NCBI RefSeq assembly: GCF_009914755.1
Contig: NC_060935.1
Reading direction: 5' to 3' (one strand)
Origin: the human T2T-CHM13v2.0 reference genome, Homo sapiens
Length of the DNA stretch: 64,000 bases
In this document: piece after piece, positions 28,291 through 43,869 of the stretch
Layout of the letters: each line of letters starts with the position of its first letter
Position numbering within the stretch: the stretch's first letter is position 1
The notes under the pieces: model-generated
The model's database searches: none
What the model was told of the DNA's origin: nothing
The model's input: the letters and a program-made list of their open reading frames with translations, nothing else
Made by a program: the position numbers and the translations under genes

Positions 28291-29033
28291 ATGGTGTTTT
28301 TAAGTTCTTTTATATCCTTGATGACTTTCAGTCTGGTTGTTCCACCAGTTGTTAAAATGAGGTGCTGAAGTCTCTAACCATAATTATGAATTTGCCTATT
28401 TCTCCTTTCAGTTCATTCAGTTTCTGTTTTACAGACTTTGTGCCTCAGTGTTGGTGTACACACATTTAGGACTGCTATGTCTTCTCGGTGGATTGACCCT
28501 TTCATCATTATGTAATGCCCCTCTCTTCTTCGGTAATTTCCTCTGCTCTAACGTCTACTTTATCTGGCATAAATGCTTTCTTTTCATTAATGGCTGCATA
28601 ATATATATTTTTCCAACCTTTTATATTATTCTACTTGTGGTATTATTACATTTGAAGAGTTCTTGCAGACAGCATATAGTTATGAAATCTCCTCTACCAA
28701 ACTATCTTTTAACTGATATACTGTTTATTGATATAGTAGAGATATTCTATTTTTATTTTTTTTGTTTTCTGTTTGTTCTTTCTATTGTTTTTCTGGTTCC
28801 TTTCTCTTGCCTTCCGATGGTTATTTGAACATTTTCAGAATTCCATTTTGATTTATTTAGTGTTTTTCAGTCTGTCAATTTGTATAGTTTTTAAAGTGAT
28901 TCTAAGAGTTGCTTTAAGGCATTACATATACATACATATATATTTAATCACAGTCTACTGGGGCCATTTTACCAATGCAAATAAAATAGAGACCCCTTAC
29001 TTCCCTTTATGTCCATTTACTCTCCCTCAGTTA

Positions 29034-29416
<383 letters not shown>

Positions 29417-32400
29417 TCAGTCTCTGCTTCTGTCATCATACTGGCTTCTCCTCTTCTTTAGTCAAAACTTCTTTCCTCCTTCCTGATTTTCCAGGATTTT
29501 TTCTTTTATCATTTCCTTTCTGTTTAAAGAACTTCCTTTAACTATTCTTCTAGGACAGCTCTGCTGATGACAATTTCTCTTTGTTTTCCATTACCTAACA
29601 ATGTCTTGATTTTCTCCCATATTCCTGAAGGATATTTTCACTAGAAACAGAATTCTTGCTTGACAGTTATTTTCTTTCAGCACTTGAGAAATGTGCTACT
29701 TCCTTCTGGTCTCCATGGTTTCTAGTGAGAAATGCGCTGTCATTCAAATTGTACTTTCCTTACAGCACTTGTTGTATTTTCCTAATTGCTTGTTGAAGCA
29801 TTTTTACGAGGGCTGCTTTAAAATCTTTGTCAGATAATTAGAACATCTCTGTTATCTTGGTGTTGGTGTCTATTGATTACCTTTTTCAACCTAGTTGAGA
29901 TTGTCTTTATAAGTTATTTTCAATTGAAATCTGGATATTTTGAGAATTAAGAGACTGGATCTTGTTTAAATTTTTTGTTTTATATGGCTTTTCCTAATAC
30001 TGCTCCATCAGAAGAAAGGGAGATACTACCTCATTACTGCCATATGGGGATAGAAGTTCAGGTTCCCAACTCGGCCTCTGTTGACACTCAAAAATGGGAG
30101 AGGCTACTCATTACTGCTGGGTAGCAGGTGGGAGTGCTAGGTTCCCATTAGGCTTCCACTGATACTATCCTGACTGGAAGGAGGAGGCATGGCTCGTGCC
30201 TCCTCCCCACATGGTTTCCACTCATCATTACCTTCACATGCCTAGTGTTACTTGCACAAAAAAAACTAAAAAACAGAATGAAATAGGAAAATATACAAAT
30301 TTGCTATTATGACAGCTTTTCAGATTGTCTCTATTTTGTTACTTGTTACTATGCTTATAAACTTTTATTTATTAAGAAAACTTTATTGTTACTTACTTCA
30401 ATATCTAGTCATAGAGTGAGAAGATAACCTTATATACTAGAAAAAACAAAATCGTTAACAGAGTGGAACTATGTATTTGTAACCCAAACTTTTTCAAAGA
30501 AGAAAAGATGTACATAAAAAGCAACAGCAATAACAATAATAAAAGTTTAAATAATCCGAAAATTACCTCACAAACATCTTTACTTCATGTTTGTTCATAC
30601 TCCCTTTCTGGCTTAATTATTGGATGACTGTTCTAGATTTTATCTGGAGAATAGTGAAGAAGGCAGACTCAAAATGTCATGAATTATAAACAAAAACTGA
30701 AAAAATACTAAAATAGTGTTGCAAGAATGGTTCTGTATTATAAAATATATAAACCTCATACTAATAGCTCCAAGGAGGATACACACACATTTAAGTACTT
30801 CTCCTCTCTCTTTCCCTCTCTCTATACACACACATATATAGAATATTTTAATTTACAAATATGAGTTTAATGGAATAATTTGCGTTTGATCAACATCAAG
30901 CATGATGTTCTCCATACTCAATAACAAATACGCTATACAAAAATATTCATTTTTTAAAAAGTTATGTAACAACTAAATAATGGGGAAAGTTTTTGTAGTT
31001 CCATATCATAAGATAAATCAAAACTGTTTTATATTTAAGAGAGATGCAGAGTTCCCATGTTATGGAGATGACATGAAATTCCCATATTCCTAGTAAAAAA
31101 ACACTTCATTCTTTGGGTAACCACTACTTTCCACATTTCTAACCTATCATTATTCATCTAATTGCCCATTCCTCATTTAGTCAATGCATCCAGACTACAA
31201 TTTCTTATAATCAGTTTAAGGAAACTATACTGCACAATGTTGCAGGTCCTTTTGTATCACCACAGTATGAAAAAATCAAGTACATATGAATACATAATTT
31301 TGACATTCAAATTAAAGTACTTAAAACTATTAACGCTATATAGGACTGATTTTGGAATATTAACGCTATGATGTAGTCGTTTTTAAAATATAACATGTTT
31401 AAATATAAAGTTATCAAGTTATCCCAAGGTAAATGTTATGCAACAGAACAGAACACATTTATCTCTACTCTCTCCACAGAGTAACACCTCAAAAATGAAT
31501 TTAAACAATTGTTTAAAAGGCAGAAGCTACTTGAACAAAGGAAATGAGAGAAAACACAATGACAAATCAGATCACTCCATAAGATCTGACTTAAATGCTA
31601 GAAAGTTGGTTCATACCTTGGGGAGGAGAAAGAAGGTTAGCAGGGATAGCAAAGAGGAAACCCATGCTACACTGCAGAACCTTCAAAAGGCTCAGGAGTT
31701 GGCAGCACCAAGTACTTATGGACGTGGAGGTGAAGGTGTGGCTAAAAACAGATGACTTAGAGGAAAGCCTATTAAAAAAGCAATCAACATGACAGATCCC
31801 CTCCTCATGATCAGAACACTACAGGATTCTCCTCTGGAAAAGGTAAAACAAGGTAGCTGGGCTAGAAAACCAGACACAGGTGAGAGTTTACAGTCTGAAA
31901 ACAGGGGTGTTATCAGAAAGGTTACTTAATGTCCGTACATGTTCAACACTGCCACCTCCAGCCTTCTTCCCCCATTCAGCTCCCAGAACACTGGCAAGTG
32001 GGCTTAGATGACAGGAGGTTGAAAGAGTCTTTTTGAAGGTCTGGCTAGCCCCAAGAAAAAGACCTAAAGGTACTAACATTGGCTATTTCCTAATGAAATG
32101 GCCCCACATATCACTCCACATTGAAGTTCACTGTATGTAAGCATCAGTGACCCTCCTTTTTCCCCACCTACCAACTTGGGATATTTTTTAAATGGGCTTA
32201 CAGTGTTTGCCTACAGCATATGTTCAAGAAAATTTGTAAAAATGATAACAATAAATTTAGAGGGAACCAAGTTTCATTACATATTAAACAAAACCAGCAA
32301 TTTGGATCTTATTTGAAATCTGTGATTACTCAAGTATGCTATGCTAAAACATCTTCGCATTTTCTATTAAATAGGAAGTCTAAAATTACATTTAAATATT

Positions 32401-34089
32401 ACTAGATACTGGTGATTTTTAAAACCACTTGAAAGAAGTGGCTCCTGCATTGCAACATTTGGCAACAACATTTTGTGCTAAGTCAAATCTTTTTTTAATA
32501 TATCCAATAAAAGAGGTGAATAATCAAAGATACTCACTAGGGTAGAATTAATTTGAGTTGTACATATTTGAAAGTAAAATAACAACAACAACAACAGCAA
32601 CAGCAAACTGTACCTCATCAAGCTAGGATTCAAATATTTCATTAGTTCACTAGCCTACAATAATTGATAACTTCTAACAATTATTTTCCTTTCTCACACA
32701 AAAGGAGCTACAACACCATTATTTGCATAAAACAATTTGGCTTTTCCTCTCTTTCGCAGTTTTCCATAGTACACTTGGTTTCCAAACTCTGCTAAACTAT
32801 AATGTAAACTATACTAGAAATACACCACATATTTTGGCAGAATTAATGAATTACTTGATCTCTTCATTTCTTACAGCACCTAAAATATTATATTTGTGTA
32901 CTCAATATCTGTTAAATTGAATAAAAATCTTCATCCACTTAAACTGTTTTCATTAAGCAGCTTGATTTCTTATAGAAATATAAAACATATACACATTGTA
33001 TTCCTATAATTACTTAAAATATTTTTGGCACTGCATTTTGCTCTAAATTAAATCAGTTTTATATGTATAAATTTTTAAAAGGCTTCCTGGAAATGTTCTA
33101 AAATAATTCTAAGAACTGAATTTCCATACTTTCCACCTTAAATTACCTACTGGCACTGGCATCCACTACTAGGAAAACGCAAACTTTCACATCAAAAAGA
33201 CATATTCTTACTTTTGCTTGGTTGCAGATGCAATAAAACAATCTACCCTTTAAACTTTGACAGCAAAAACTTTAAAATTACAAGGTATACAAGACTAAAT
33301 TTCATTAAATGCCATCAAAACATCTCTTCTTTTGACATACTTATCAGCATGCTGCAAAGACTAGTCATCTCTTGTGCAGTGCTAACTTACAATTTTCACA
33401 TTTTCTAATTAAGGCTCCCTGTAGCCCCTATTCAGTTGTCTGGCATTAAAAAAATAAAGAGTTTTCTTCCTTTCTTTCCTGGTCATTATTAGGTCTTGAA
33501 ATAATTCAGCAACAATTTCACCCATGTTGTGCCTTTCACTCTCTTAAAGCATCAGCCACAAAAACAAATCCCTGAATCCAAAAGCTGGGCCAGATTATGA
33601 AGGAAAAAGAGCAGAAATTAAAGCTAGTAACAAAATCACCACAAAAACACAGCAGCAGAGAAGACCAATTCTATCACAGGAAAATACGGCAACCGCTAAA
33701 TATAAAACCTCTGACTCCTCAAATTTCTTTTCATTATCTGAAAACGTCTTTCCTTTCAGCTGCAATTTATTGGCTTACTGTGGTAAGAATGATTCTTTCA
33801 TGCTACAAAAGAAGTGTTGAAATCTTAGACTGATTTTTTTAAGTAAAAATAATTATTACTTTGTCACAGTTTATTTCGTAGATAAAAGGTCTCAAAATCT
33901 GGAGTACACAAGGGAAATAAAATGATGGAAACATCATGATCCACAGATATATACAACTATGAAAACACACGTGTTTAAGTTTAGAAACTAAAATCATTAA
34001 ATGAAGTTATACCTATTGGAATTTATCACAATAATTTACAAAAATTGCTCATGAGTTTTAAAATGATAATGAACATTTATTATGCTGAC

Positions 34090-34206
34090 CTGGATCTCCT
34101 CCCAGATGTCTTCATCCAACAAAGTAGCTGCTCTATGGTGCTGCAAAGGGACTATCAGGCAGTGCCCCTCAGTAAGAGACCGTACGTTGGGTAAACATAA
34201 ATAAAC
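34090..34206 (-). CDS. CWF19L2: CWF19L2 coding exon, 117 bp ([39 protein letters not shown])
   Basis: Translated by hand (below the ORF-track cutoff); tttctctcttatag acceptor and GTCAG donor; GHCLIVP motif typical of CwfJ_C_1. Confidence 0.95.
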
Positions 34207-35459
34207 CTATAAGAGAGAAATACAAAAGGTGAAATGTTATTGTTATTTATATGTTATATATTTATATGTTAATGCTATTTATTCTCAGTTGTAACAGATG
34301 AGCCCCTAGTAGAAAAAAATGATGAATATTTAATGAAGAATACTTAAGAATTGCTTTTGCAAATGTTAATATTTTTAAAGATATTTAGTATTTTTAAAGG
34401 CATCAGGATAGCTTTTAATAAACTGAAAATTTAGAGCACAGATCTCAATTTTCACTATTTTACATCAGACAACGATTAAGATTAGGCAAAGAAGAGCAGA
34501 ATGAATGACACAATATCCTTAATCTGAAGGAGCTAGATACTTTGACAACTCTTGAAACAACACAATTTTCACAAAAACAAAAAGACACATGGCCTGGTAA
34601 CGGTAGTCTAACTGATGCCTGTTTATCAGGCCTTCCTTCTCTGATTAGCTGAGAAAAGAGAATTAACTCAGCTAAGACGAAGAGGAAATGACCTCGGAAT
34701 GGCTTTACCACTGTGTATTTACATACATGTATTACCTAAAAACTGGTGCTAATTTTCCATTATATACAAACTGTCTTAAAAAAAAAAGGTTAATCGGTAT
34801 ATATACAGAGAACAAAAGCATTACAAAGGGCTTGATCTTATTCTTATTTCTGTTATATTTTGCTGGGTTTTAGCTAGAAATATTTTGCATGGCAGACATT
34901 ATTTATTTAATAGAATAACTCAAATGTTTAAAACTTTGCTGACAAACAACAAAGTAGGAGTGGACATGGATATCTACCTAAAATTACAGTAAAATCACAA
35001 ACATGTTCATGAAAAAAAGAAATAAAGATTAAGGGTCATGGGTATGTCTATAGACAACTTACAAGATTTAGAAAATGAAATATTTAAAGAAATCACTGAA
35101 TTTTCTACATAATCACTGAGATAAAGAGCCAGGTCCAAGTGTCAATGACAGGTCAAATAAGTTGTAATAAAATTCATTTTTAAAAGCATTATAAACATAA
35201 AAATCCCCTAAAATTGGTATCAAAAGCAGTTTTTCCAAATAGATACATAAAAGAGAAAAGAAAATTCATAAATTAATACCTAAATAAATTAGAACACACA
35301 AAAAAGCAATACTTTCTTTTATTTGACAGAGAAAGCAGAGCTACTGATTGGCTGATCAATAATTACTGAGGGCCAATTACATGCTGGGCAGTGTTCTACA
35401 TGCTAGGGAATCAACAATGTGCAGGGACACAAATCCCTACCCATAAGGAGCTTATGGGG

Positions 35460-35814
35460 TGCTACAGATTGAATGTCTGTGTGCCTCCAAAATATACACA
35501 TTAAATCTTAACACCCAAGGTGATAATATTTGGAGGTAGGGGACTTCGGGAGGTGATTAGATCATGAGGACAGAGCCCTTATGAATGGGATTAATTATCT
35601 TATAAAAGAAGCCCCAGGGAATGTTCTTGCCACTTCCACCATGTAACGACACACCAATAAGATGACTGTCTGTGAACCAGGATGTGGGACCTCACACTGA
35701 ATCTGCTAGCACCGATCTTGGACTTCCCAGCCTCCAGAACTAGCTTCAATAAATTTCTGTTGCTGATAAGCCATCCAGTCTACGGTATTTTTTATAGTAG
35801 CCCGAACTAAGACA
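35460..35814 (+). mobile_element. MLT1A/MST-type LTR nested in L2 (L2 spans ~35330-36730)
   Basis: tgctacagattgaatgtc ... cccgaactaagaca termini. Confidence 0.8.
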
Positions 35815-38676
35815 TCAAAGAAGAAATACAAATAAACAATGTAAATGTAAAGTAAAATGCACAATATGTCAGATGGTGATAAGGGGTACTAAAAAAAATA
35901 AAGCAGAAAAAGGTATAGATAGTGTCTAGGGAGAAGTTAGGAAGCCTCCCTTTAAAGTTACCTTCTAGGGTAACATTTGAGAAGATATGTGAAGGAAGGA
36001 AGGGTAGACACAAGAAGAAACTCCCAGGCAAAAGGAAAAGCATGTGAGGAGGATGCATACCAAGTGTGCTCTCCAGCTTGTCAGACAGCCAGTGTGGCTA
36101 AGCTGAGATGATGAGAGGAAGGCTGACAGACAGTGAGGTGACAGGAAGAATTGGGCCTGTAGGCCTGCCTCATAGGCGACAATAAGGATTCCAGCTTTGG
36201 TCTGAAAGCCAGATCTGACTAATGTTGACTTAAAGTCAAAAAGATCACTTGCTACTGTATAGAGAAAGGGCAAAGGAAAGAGGCAGAAAGACCCATTAGG
36301 AAACTATTACAGAAGTCCAGTAATAAATGATGATGACTTGAACCAGGGTGGTAGAAATAAAGATTATGAAATGTGGTCAGAACATGAATATATTCTGAAA
36401 TATAGCCAACAGAATTTAGAAATGGACAGTAAGGAGTGAGGGAAAGTAAAGGACTCAATATTACTCCAAGGTCTAATGCAAGCAACTGGAGGATGAAAGT
36501 GACATTTACTAAAAAGAGGAAGACTATGGGAGGGTTAGTGTTAGCTAAAGGTAAAGGTGGAGACGGGTATTAGACCTTCACCTAAGTTTCAGATGTTTAC
36601 TAGATATCCAAGTGGAAAAGTAGGTTGGATACATGAACCTAGAATTCTAGGAGATATTTGGGTTAAAATGTAAATTTGCTAGTGGTCTAAAAACAGTAGT
36701 CATGAAATGAACAGAACATTTCAGAGAAAGATATCTCTGTTATAGCATTTTAAGAGAGTGTAAGCAAAAATTCTAAAAGTCTTCTATAGTAGATTGCATA
36801 AAGGCATCCAGTTATTTACTACTCCATATACTGAAACCCTTCACAATGTTACTCTGTAGCTCCTCCCATCAAGAGATGGGTGCAAACTGGCCTTATGACT
36901 CATAAGGGCCACAGAATATGGTAGAAATGATGATGGTCAGTTCCAAGACTATGCCTCAAGAGGCCTTGTGTACTTCTGCTAATTCTGTTGGAACAAGCCT
37001 AGCTCCCATGTGAAGAAGCCTATGCTAGCCTACTGGAAGATAACAGACCATACAAAACAGAATGATTTAAATGCTGTCTTAAGCCACTAAATTTTGGTGT
37101 AGTTCATTTATGTATGAATGCTAGTATATCTCCTCTTCCCCCACCTAAAGGTATAAATGGAAGACTAGATAATTCTCAGGTCTGATGTATAAAGTCTTTA
37201 CACTCCTGAGGTCTGAGATCCAGTAAGGGTAGTACCCACTTAAGACAGCTTATAGTTCCCAGAATGAACCATGTGGTTGTAAACCTCAGTGTCTTTGCTT
37301 GTATTGTCCTGTATTTCCTAAATACTGAAATGTATCCTATTCCACCATTAAAATGTAGCACAAGACATACTTCTTCCAGAAAGCCTTCCTTGATAACTCC
37401 ACGGTAACCTAAATATTCCTCTTTCGTGTTCCCACGAAATGCAAGAGCATTTATATCACTGCATTAAAACTGATCTGGTTATGTTTGCCTGCTCCCCATA
37501 AAGCTGTAAGCAACTTGAGGAGGTTTTAGGCATATTTATATTTCTAGTACCTAGTACTAGAGGCTGACAAACACTAGATACTCAGTAAATACCTGGTAAA
37601 TGAATGAATTACCAAGCAGTTTTTTGTTTCTTTTTCTAAATCAAATTAAAAATAGATGACTAGAATCAGGCAAAAATATTAAAGAATGAACATAACTCTT
37701 ATTTAAGTTATAACCATGTTGTTTACATGAAAGTTGGGAAAGGAACTTAGAAAAATAAATATAATTAGTTAAGATGGATTTTTAAAAATTATTTAATTTT
37801 GAATGGGATTTTGACATTTATCTTTTTGTTAAGTATAAAGGAAAAGAGAAGAAAAAGAAGATAAGAAAATAAATCAAAAGAAGCCAGAATGGACACTGAT
37901 GTAACCACCTCAACAACCTAAAGATATTAAAGACTAGGGGTATGTGTATGTATACAATAAACAACATAAATATGTACATGTATGTTTCCCAAACTATTCG
38001 TTCCTGAAACTAGCATTCATTCATTCATTCAACTTCTTCTACTTTTCTCACTGACTCCACTCCTGCCTTCTTTCTGCTCCACCAATGCTAAGCTCATTTC
38101 CTCCTCAGGGCTTTTCACTGACAGTCCTTCCTGAAACATTATTCATTCCTATCTTCAGGTTACTTGTCCTTCCCATTTTATGCATCTTTACTAAAGTTCC
38201 TCAGAGAAGCCTTCCAGACTACCTTGTGAAAAAAATACCCCCATCACTTTCTCCCATTTCCTCACTTTACTTGCTTTATGACAATTAATTCTTTCAAATC
38301 AGGGCAATTATTACTTTATTTACTGCCTTATTTCACTAGTCATAAGGTCTAAAAGTCTGAGTCTCAACTTTTCCCCAGTGACTAATTAGGGTATGGCAGA
38401 TATTAGGTATACAAAAATTATTTATTCAATGTAAGAATTAAATCAATAAGTATTTATTGAAATGAATTACTATTATGTACTACAACCAGGGCTAGATGCT
38501 TTGTATACAATGGAGAACAAAAGTTATCTCTGTCTTCACGGAGCTTAAAAATTATTAGGGGAAAGACCCAATAAACAAGTAAAACAGACAAAATAATAAA
38601 CTTATTCAAGTTATTCTATGAAGAAACAAAAAAAGTTCTATGAGAATGTAAGCAAAGGATAATAAATACTTCTTAC

Positions 38677-38889
38677 CTTAACACCTATTGCAACAATAAG
38701 ATGCTTGGGAAATTGAGAGCTGTCAAAACAATACAGACATTTTTCCATTTGTGCAGCAAGACTCCGATGCTCAGCAATAGCTTTTTTCCTTTGGTTCTCT
38801 TCCTCTTCACCAAGACGTTCTCTCTCAGCTGCTTTGGAGACAAACATGTCATCCAGGGTGTAATAGTCTCCATCTGTTTTTCCCATAAA
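38677..38889 (-). CDS. CWF19L2: CWF19L2 internal coding exon, 213 bp ([10 protein letters not shown]...HLIVAIGVK)
   Basis: Acceptor AG at 38891-38890 and donor GTAAG starting at 38676; 71 codons, phase 0/0; contains the CLYC motif at the start of the CwfJ C-terminal region; continues in frame with the next exon. Confidence 0.95.
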
Positions 38890-39614
38890 CTGAAAAACCA
38901 AAATAACAGTAATAGAGAGTAGAAGGTAGTGATTAAGATTTTACTGCACTGTGGTATCCTAAATCTGTATCTGTAAGTTCTATGATAAAACTAATACATT
39001 TAAAAGAAAAGAAAAAACATGATTAATATTTGTTTGATCTTCTAGAGTCAATCTATCATCATCATCACCACAGCTAAAGTTTACTGAATATTTACTATAT
39101 ACAATTCTATATGACTTGTTCATGTTTTATACTCCTATGTGGTGGGGACCATTAGCATTTTCATTTTCAACTAATAGATGAGGAAACTGAATCACAGAGA
39201 GGTTTAAATTGTAACTTTAAAAATTCACATATACACTATATAGAATGTGGAACTTTTTTTTTTTTTTTAACCACATCTCCAGGTACCTTCTCCATATCTC
39301 TCCCAACATGAACTATGGACAGATTGATGCTTTCAAAATACAAAAACACAAATTTTATTTTCTTATTTTATGTACCTCCTTAGGTAGTTATGAGAGTTCT
39401 ATACTGTGTACAGAATGAAGTTCAAACTCTTGAACTTGAAAGCCAACTAAATCATACATACATAAAGTCATAATGGTTTAAAGCTTAGATTCCACAGTCA
39501 AAATGACCATGGTAAAGTTCTATCTCCTGTGTGTATAACCTTGAACATATTATTTAATTTCTCTGTGCTCTCTCTATGCCTTATTTCCTCATTTTACAAT
39601 GGTTGTAACAATAC

Positions 39615-39880
39615 TGCCTGCGTATCCCTTATCCAAATGCTTGGGACCAGAAGAGTTTTAGATTTCCAATTTTTTCCAATTTTGGAATATTTGCATATAT
39701 ATAGTATCATGGGGATGGGATGCAAGTCTAAAATGAAGTTCATTTATGTTTCCTATGTACCTTAAATGCATAGCCCTAAGGTAACTGTATATAATATTTT
39801 TAATAATTTTGTGCATGAAACAAAGTTTATGTATATTGAACTATCAGAAGGCAAAGATGTCATTATCTCAGCCACCCATA
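39615..39880. mobile_element. Tigger4/MER46-like fragment inside a MIR
   Basis: gtatcccttatccaaatgcttgggaccagaagagttttagatttc. Confidence 0.7.
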
Positions 39881-40287
39881 AAGAATTACAGCACATTTAC
39901 ACTTATTTATACCTGCTGCATTGGCACATGACTGCAGTTATTCTGTCCTTGGCATCCTTATTTCCTGACAGGCTGTCTCATCAGTTGTAGTAAGTGTCTT
40001 CCTGGGTCAACCCATGAGGTTTAATTCTACTCATTTTTCAATACTATGGTAAGAATTAGCTGTCATTTCCATCAAAGAAACTTCCTCCATCTTGCAAGCC
40101 CCTCCAATGTGTACTTGTACTGCTGTCAGTCTCAGGATGACTACACTGTATCACACTCATTAACTTGTCTTTTTTTTCCATTACACTGCATTCTACTAAG
40201 TGTAATATAAGTACTAAAGTACTAAGTGTAATGTAAATTACTTAGTGTAATGGAAGTATTAAAGTACTAAGTATTAAAAACAAAACA

Positions 40288-40615
<328 letters not shown>

Positions 40616-40689
40616 AAAACTACATGTTATCATCAAACACAAAGCAATAAAAAGATGCTTGGATGTTAGCATTTTAAATGATTTGAAGA

Positions 40690-41520
40690 TGGAGCAGTTC
40701 TATTCATGTCAGACAAAGCAGATTTCATAGCATATAGTATTATGAATGATAAAAGGTCACCTGATAAAGGAATCATAACATCAAGAGGACACAACATTCT
40801 GTAGATTATGTAAGTTGAAAAGAAAAATTTTAAGAGGACATAACAATCCTAAAGTTTATATACCTAATAACAGAATTTCAAAATGCATAACAAAAAACTT
40901 GATAGAACTGCCAAAGAAACAGACAAATCCCAACTGTAATCACAGATTTTAAATACCTCACTCTCTATAATTGGTAGCACAAACAGAAAAGCAATAGCTA
41001 CGTCGAAGACTTGAACACACTATCAACCAACTTGACTTAATTGACATTAATAGAAATTCCACCCAACAGCGCAAAATATACGTTCTTCTCAATTGTACAT
41101 GGAATATCAACCAAGCTAGATGACATTCTGGGTCATAGCACAAGTCTCAATAAATTTAAAAGGATTCTAGTAACTTAAAGTATGTTCTCTGAACACAATG
41201 GAATTAAAAATCAGTAACAGAAATATTTTTGGAAAAATATTTTTGGAAAACTGCCACATACCTGGTATTGTGCACTTCTAAATGACCCATGAATCAACAA
41301 CAACAACAAAAAAAGACAATGAGAAATGACTTTAAACAGCAATAAAACAAAAATACAACATATCAGAATTTGTGGTATGCTGCTAAAGCATAATTTAGAG
41401 GGAAAATTATAGCATTAAACATCTGTATTAAAAGACAAGAAAGGTCTCAAATCAATGATGCCAACTGCCACCTTAAGAAACTAGAAAAAGAAAAAATAAA
41501 ACCCAATGTAAATAGAAGAA
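40690..41520 (+). mobile_element. Old L1M ORF2 endonuclease-region fragment
   Basis: Degenerate EN landmarks (atacctaataacaga, ttctctgaacacaatggaattaa, tttagagggaaaattatagcattaaa). Confidence 0.7.
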
Positions 41521-41908
41521 AATTTATTTAACACCATTACTGAAAGAATCAGGTAAAAAGATTATTACCAAGGCATTTCTTAGAGCACACTGACTTCCTT
41601 GTTTCTACTAGCAATTTATTTTTTTCTTCCACAATATTCTACATATTAGTCCTTGTATACTTCTTGACTTTTCCAGGTTTGTCTATTTATGTAAACTGCA
41701 TTGCCTTACAAATTATTATTTTAAATTTATTTTAACTTTATATCTTCATCTAAACCATAATTCATTACATTCTAAAAAATATCAGAACTGGTCACTAATC
41801 ATTTTCATGAAATAGTGTCCAACTACATGCCAGATAGTAATTCTAATCCAAATATTTCTGCAACACAGAAATTTTTATTTTCACTTGACAGATTAAAAAC
41901 TGAGGCTA

Positions 41909-42268
<360 letters not shown>

Positions 42269-43396
42269 TCACACAGCTATTAAAGGACAGAACCAGGAAT
42301 CAAAACTGGTTGGTCTGAATACAAAACTGCAGTGTCTGGCATATAAGTGAGGCTTTTTCCCTTAAGAAATCAATGTTTGAAACACAGAAAGGGCATACTG
42401 TGAATATAGTCTATGAAGCAGAATAAAGAGCTAGAAGAAAACTTATTTCATCTAGAATAAACATACCAAATCAAGTTAAGGTACTTAACAGTGGGAACGC
42501 AGATATCTAGGTAGGTATTTATCTTATCCAAAATATATTAACAGGAGCACAATACACATTTATACATACATAATTGTGCCTTCATATGATATAGCCCATT
42601 GTGTTTTTGGAAAGTTCATAAATGATCACAGAAAATATTCAATTCAAATCAAATGTTTTATACATGGAAGATGGTATTTCTACTCTTAAATCTAGTTTTC
42701 ATGGATGTTGCCAAACCTCTCTGATTTATTTGTAGTGTTTGAATTGAAAATGATACAGTCTTGCCAATTAAGTCTGACTGATTCTTCAATATAACTGAAA
42801 TATGGTCCCTACTGATCCAGGAACAATTAATTCCCTCCTCCTGCAGCCTCAAATTATTTGCATTTTTACTCATTATCTTTTCTTTAGGCTTTGATACAAA
42901 TATTTTTAATTTATCAATCATATATACCTCTTCTATGACCTCCAGCCTACCGTATTCTCATTATTTGAGAGTAACAATCAACATTTTTTAACAGATAGAC
43001 TGGTAAAAGATAGTGGAGAATGTACTAAGTGTAAGATGGAAAAAGTGAACAAAACTGCTGGATGAAAGGAGATAAAGAAAAGAGGAGCATGAAAATATGC
43101 CTCTTCATCATTTAGACAGAACCCTTTAAAAAGCTGATTATATTATACAAAATCAATTTGGCGCACCATAAACACAAACTAAATGACAGTGAGTTAGCCA
43201 TTTCACACTCACTAGGATGGCTACAATCAAATAGACAGATAATAACAAGTGTTGTCAAGGATGTGGTAAAATAAGAACCCTCACACACTGCTGATGGGAA
43301 TGTAAGATAGTGCAGCTGCTTTGGAAAACAGTCTGGTAGTTCCTCAAACATTTCAATATAGATTAATTAATAAAATATTAAACATATGGCTTACCA

Positions 43397-43620
43397 CAGG
43401 GGTGCCCAATCTTTTGGCTTCCCTGGGCCACATTGGAAGAAGAACCATCTTGGGCCCCACATAAAATACACTAACACTACTGATAACTGATGAGCTAAAA
43501 AAAAAAAAAAAAATCACAAAAAGCTCGTAATATTTGAAGAAAGTTTACAAATTTGTGTTGGGGTGCATTCAAAGTTGTCCTGGGCCACATGTGGCCCACA
43601 AGCCATGGGTTGGACAAGGT
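43397..43620. mobile_element. MER30 nested in an L1MB 3' fragment (L1MB ~43190-43860)
   Basis: caggggtgcccaatcttttggcttccctgggccacattggaagaagaa ... gggttggacaag. Confidence 0.8.
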
Positions 43621-43869
43621 TGAGTTACCACATGACCAAGAAACTCCACAATGTAGTATTATTTAGCCATAAAAAGAATGAAGTACTGATACTTGTTACA
43701 ACATGGATGATCTATAAAAACATTATGCTAAGTGAAAAAAGTCAGTCATTTAAAAAAACACTATTCTATGATTCCATTCATATGAAATGTCGAGAACAGG
43801 GAAATCTATAGACAAAATAGATTAGTAGCTGCTTAGGGCTTAAGGAGGAAGAGTTGAGAGGATTAGCTA

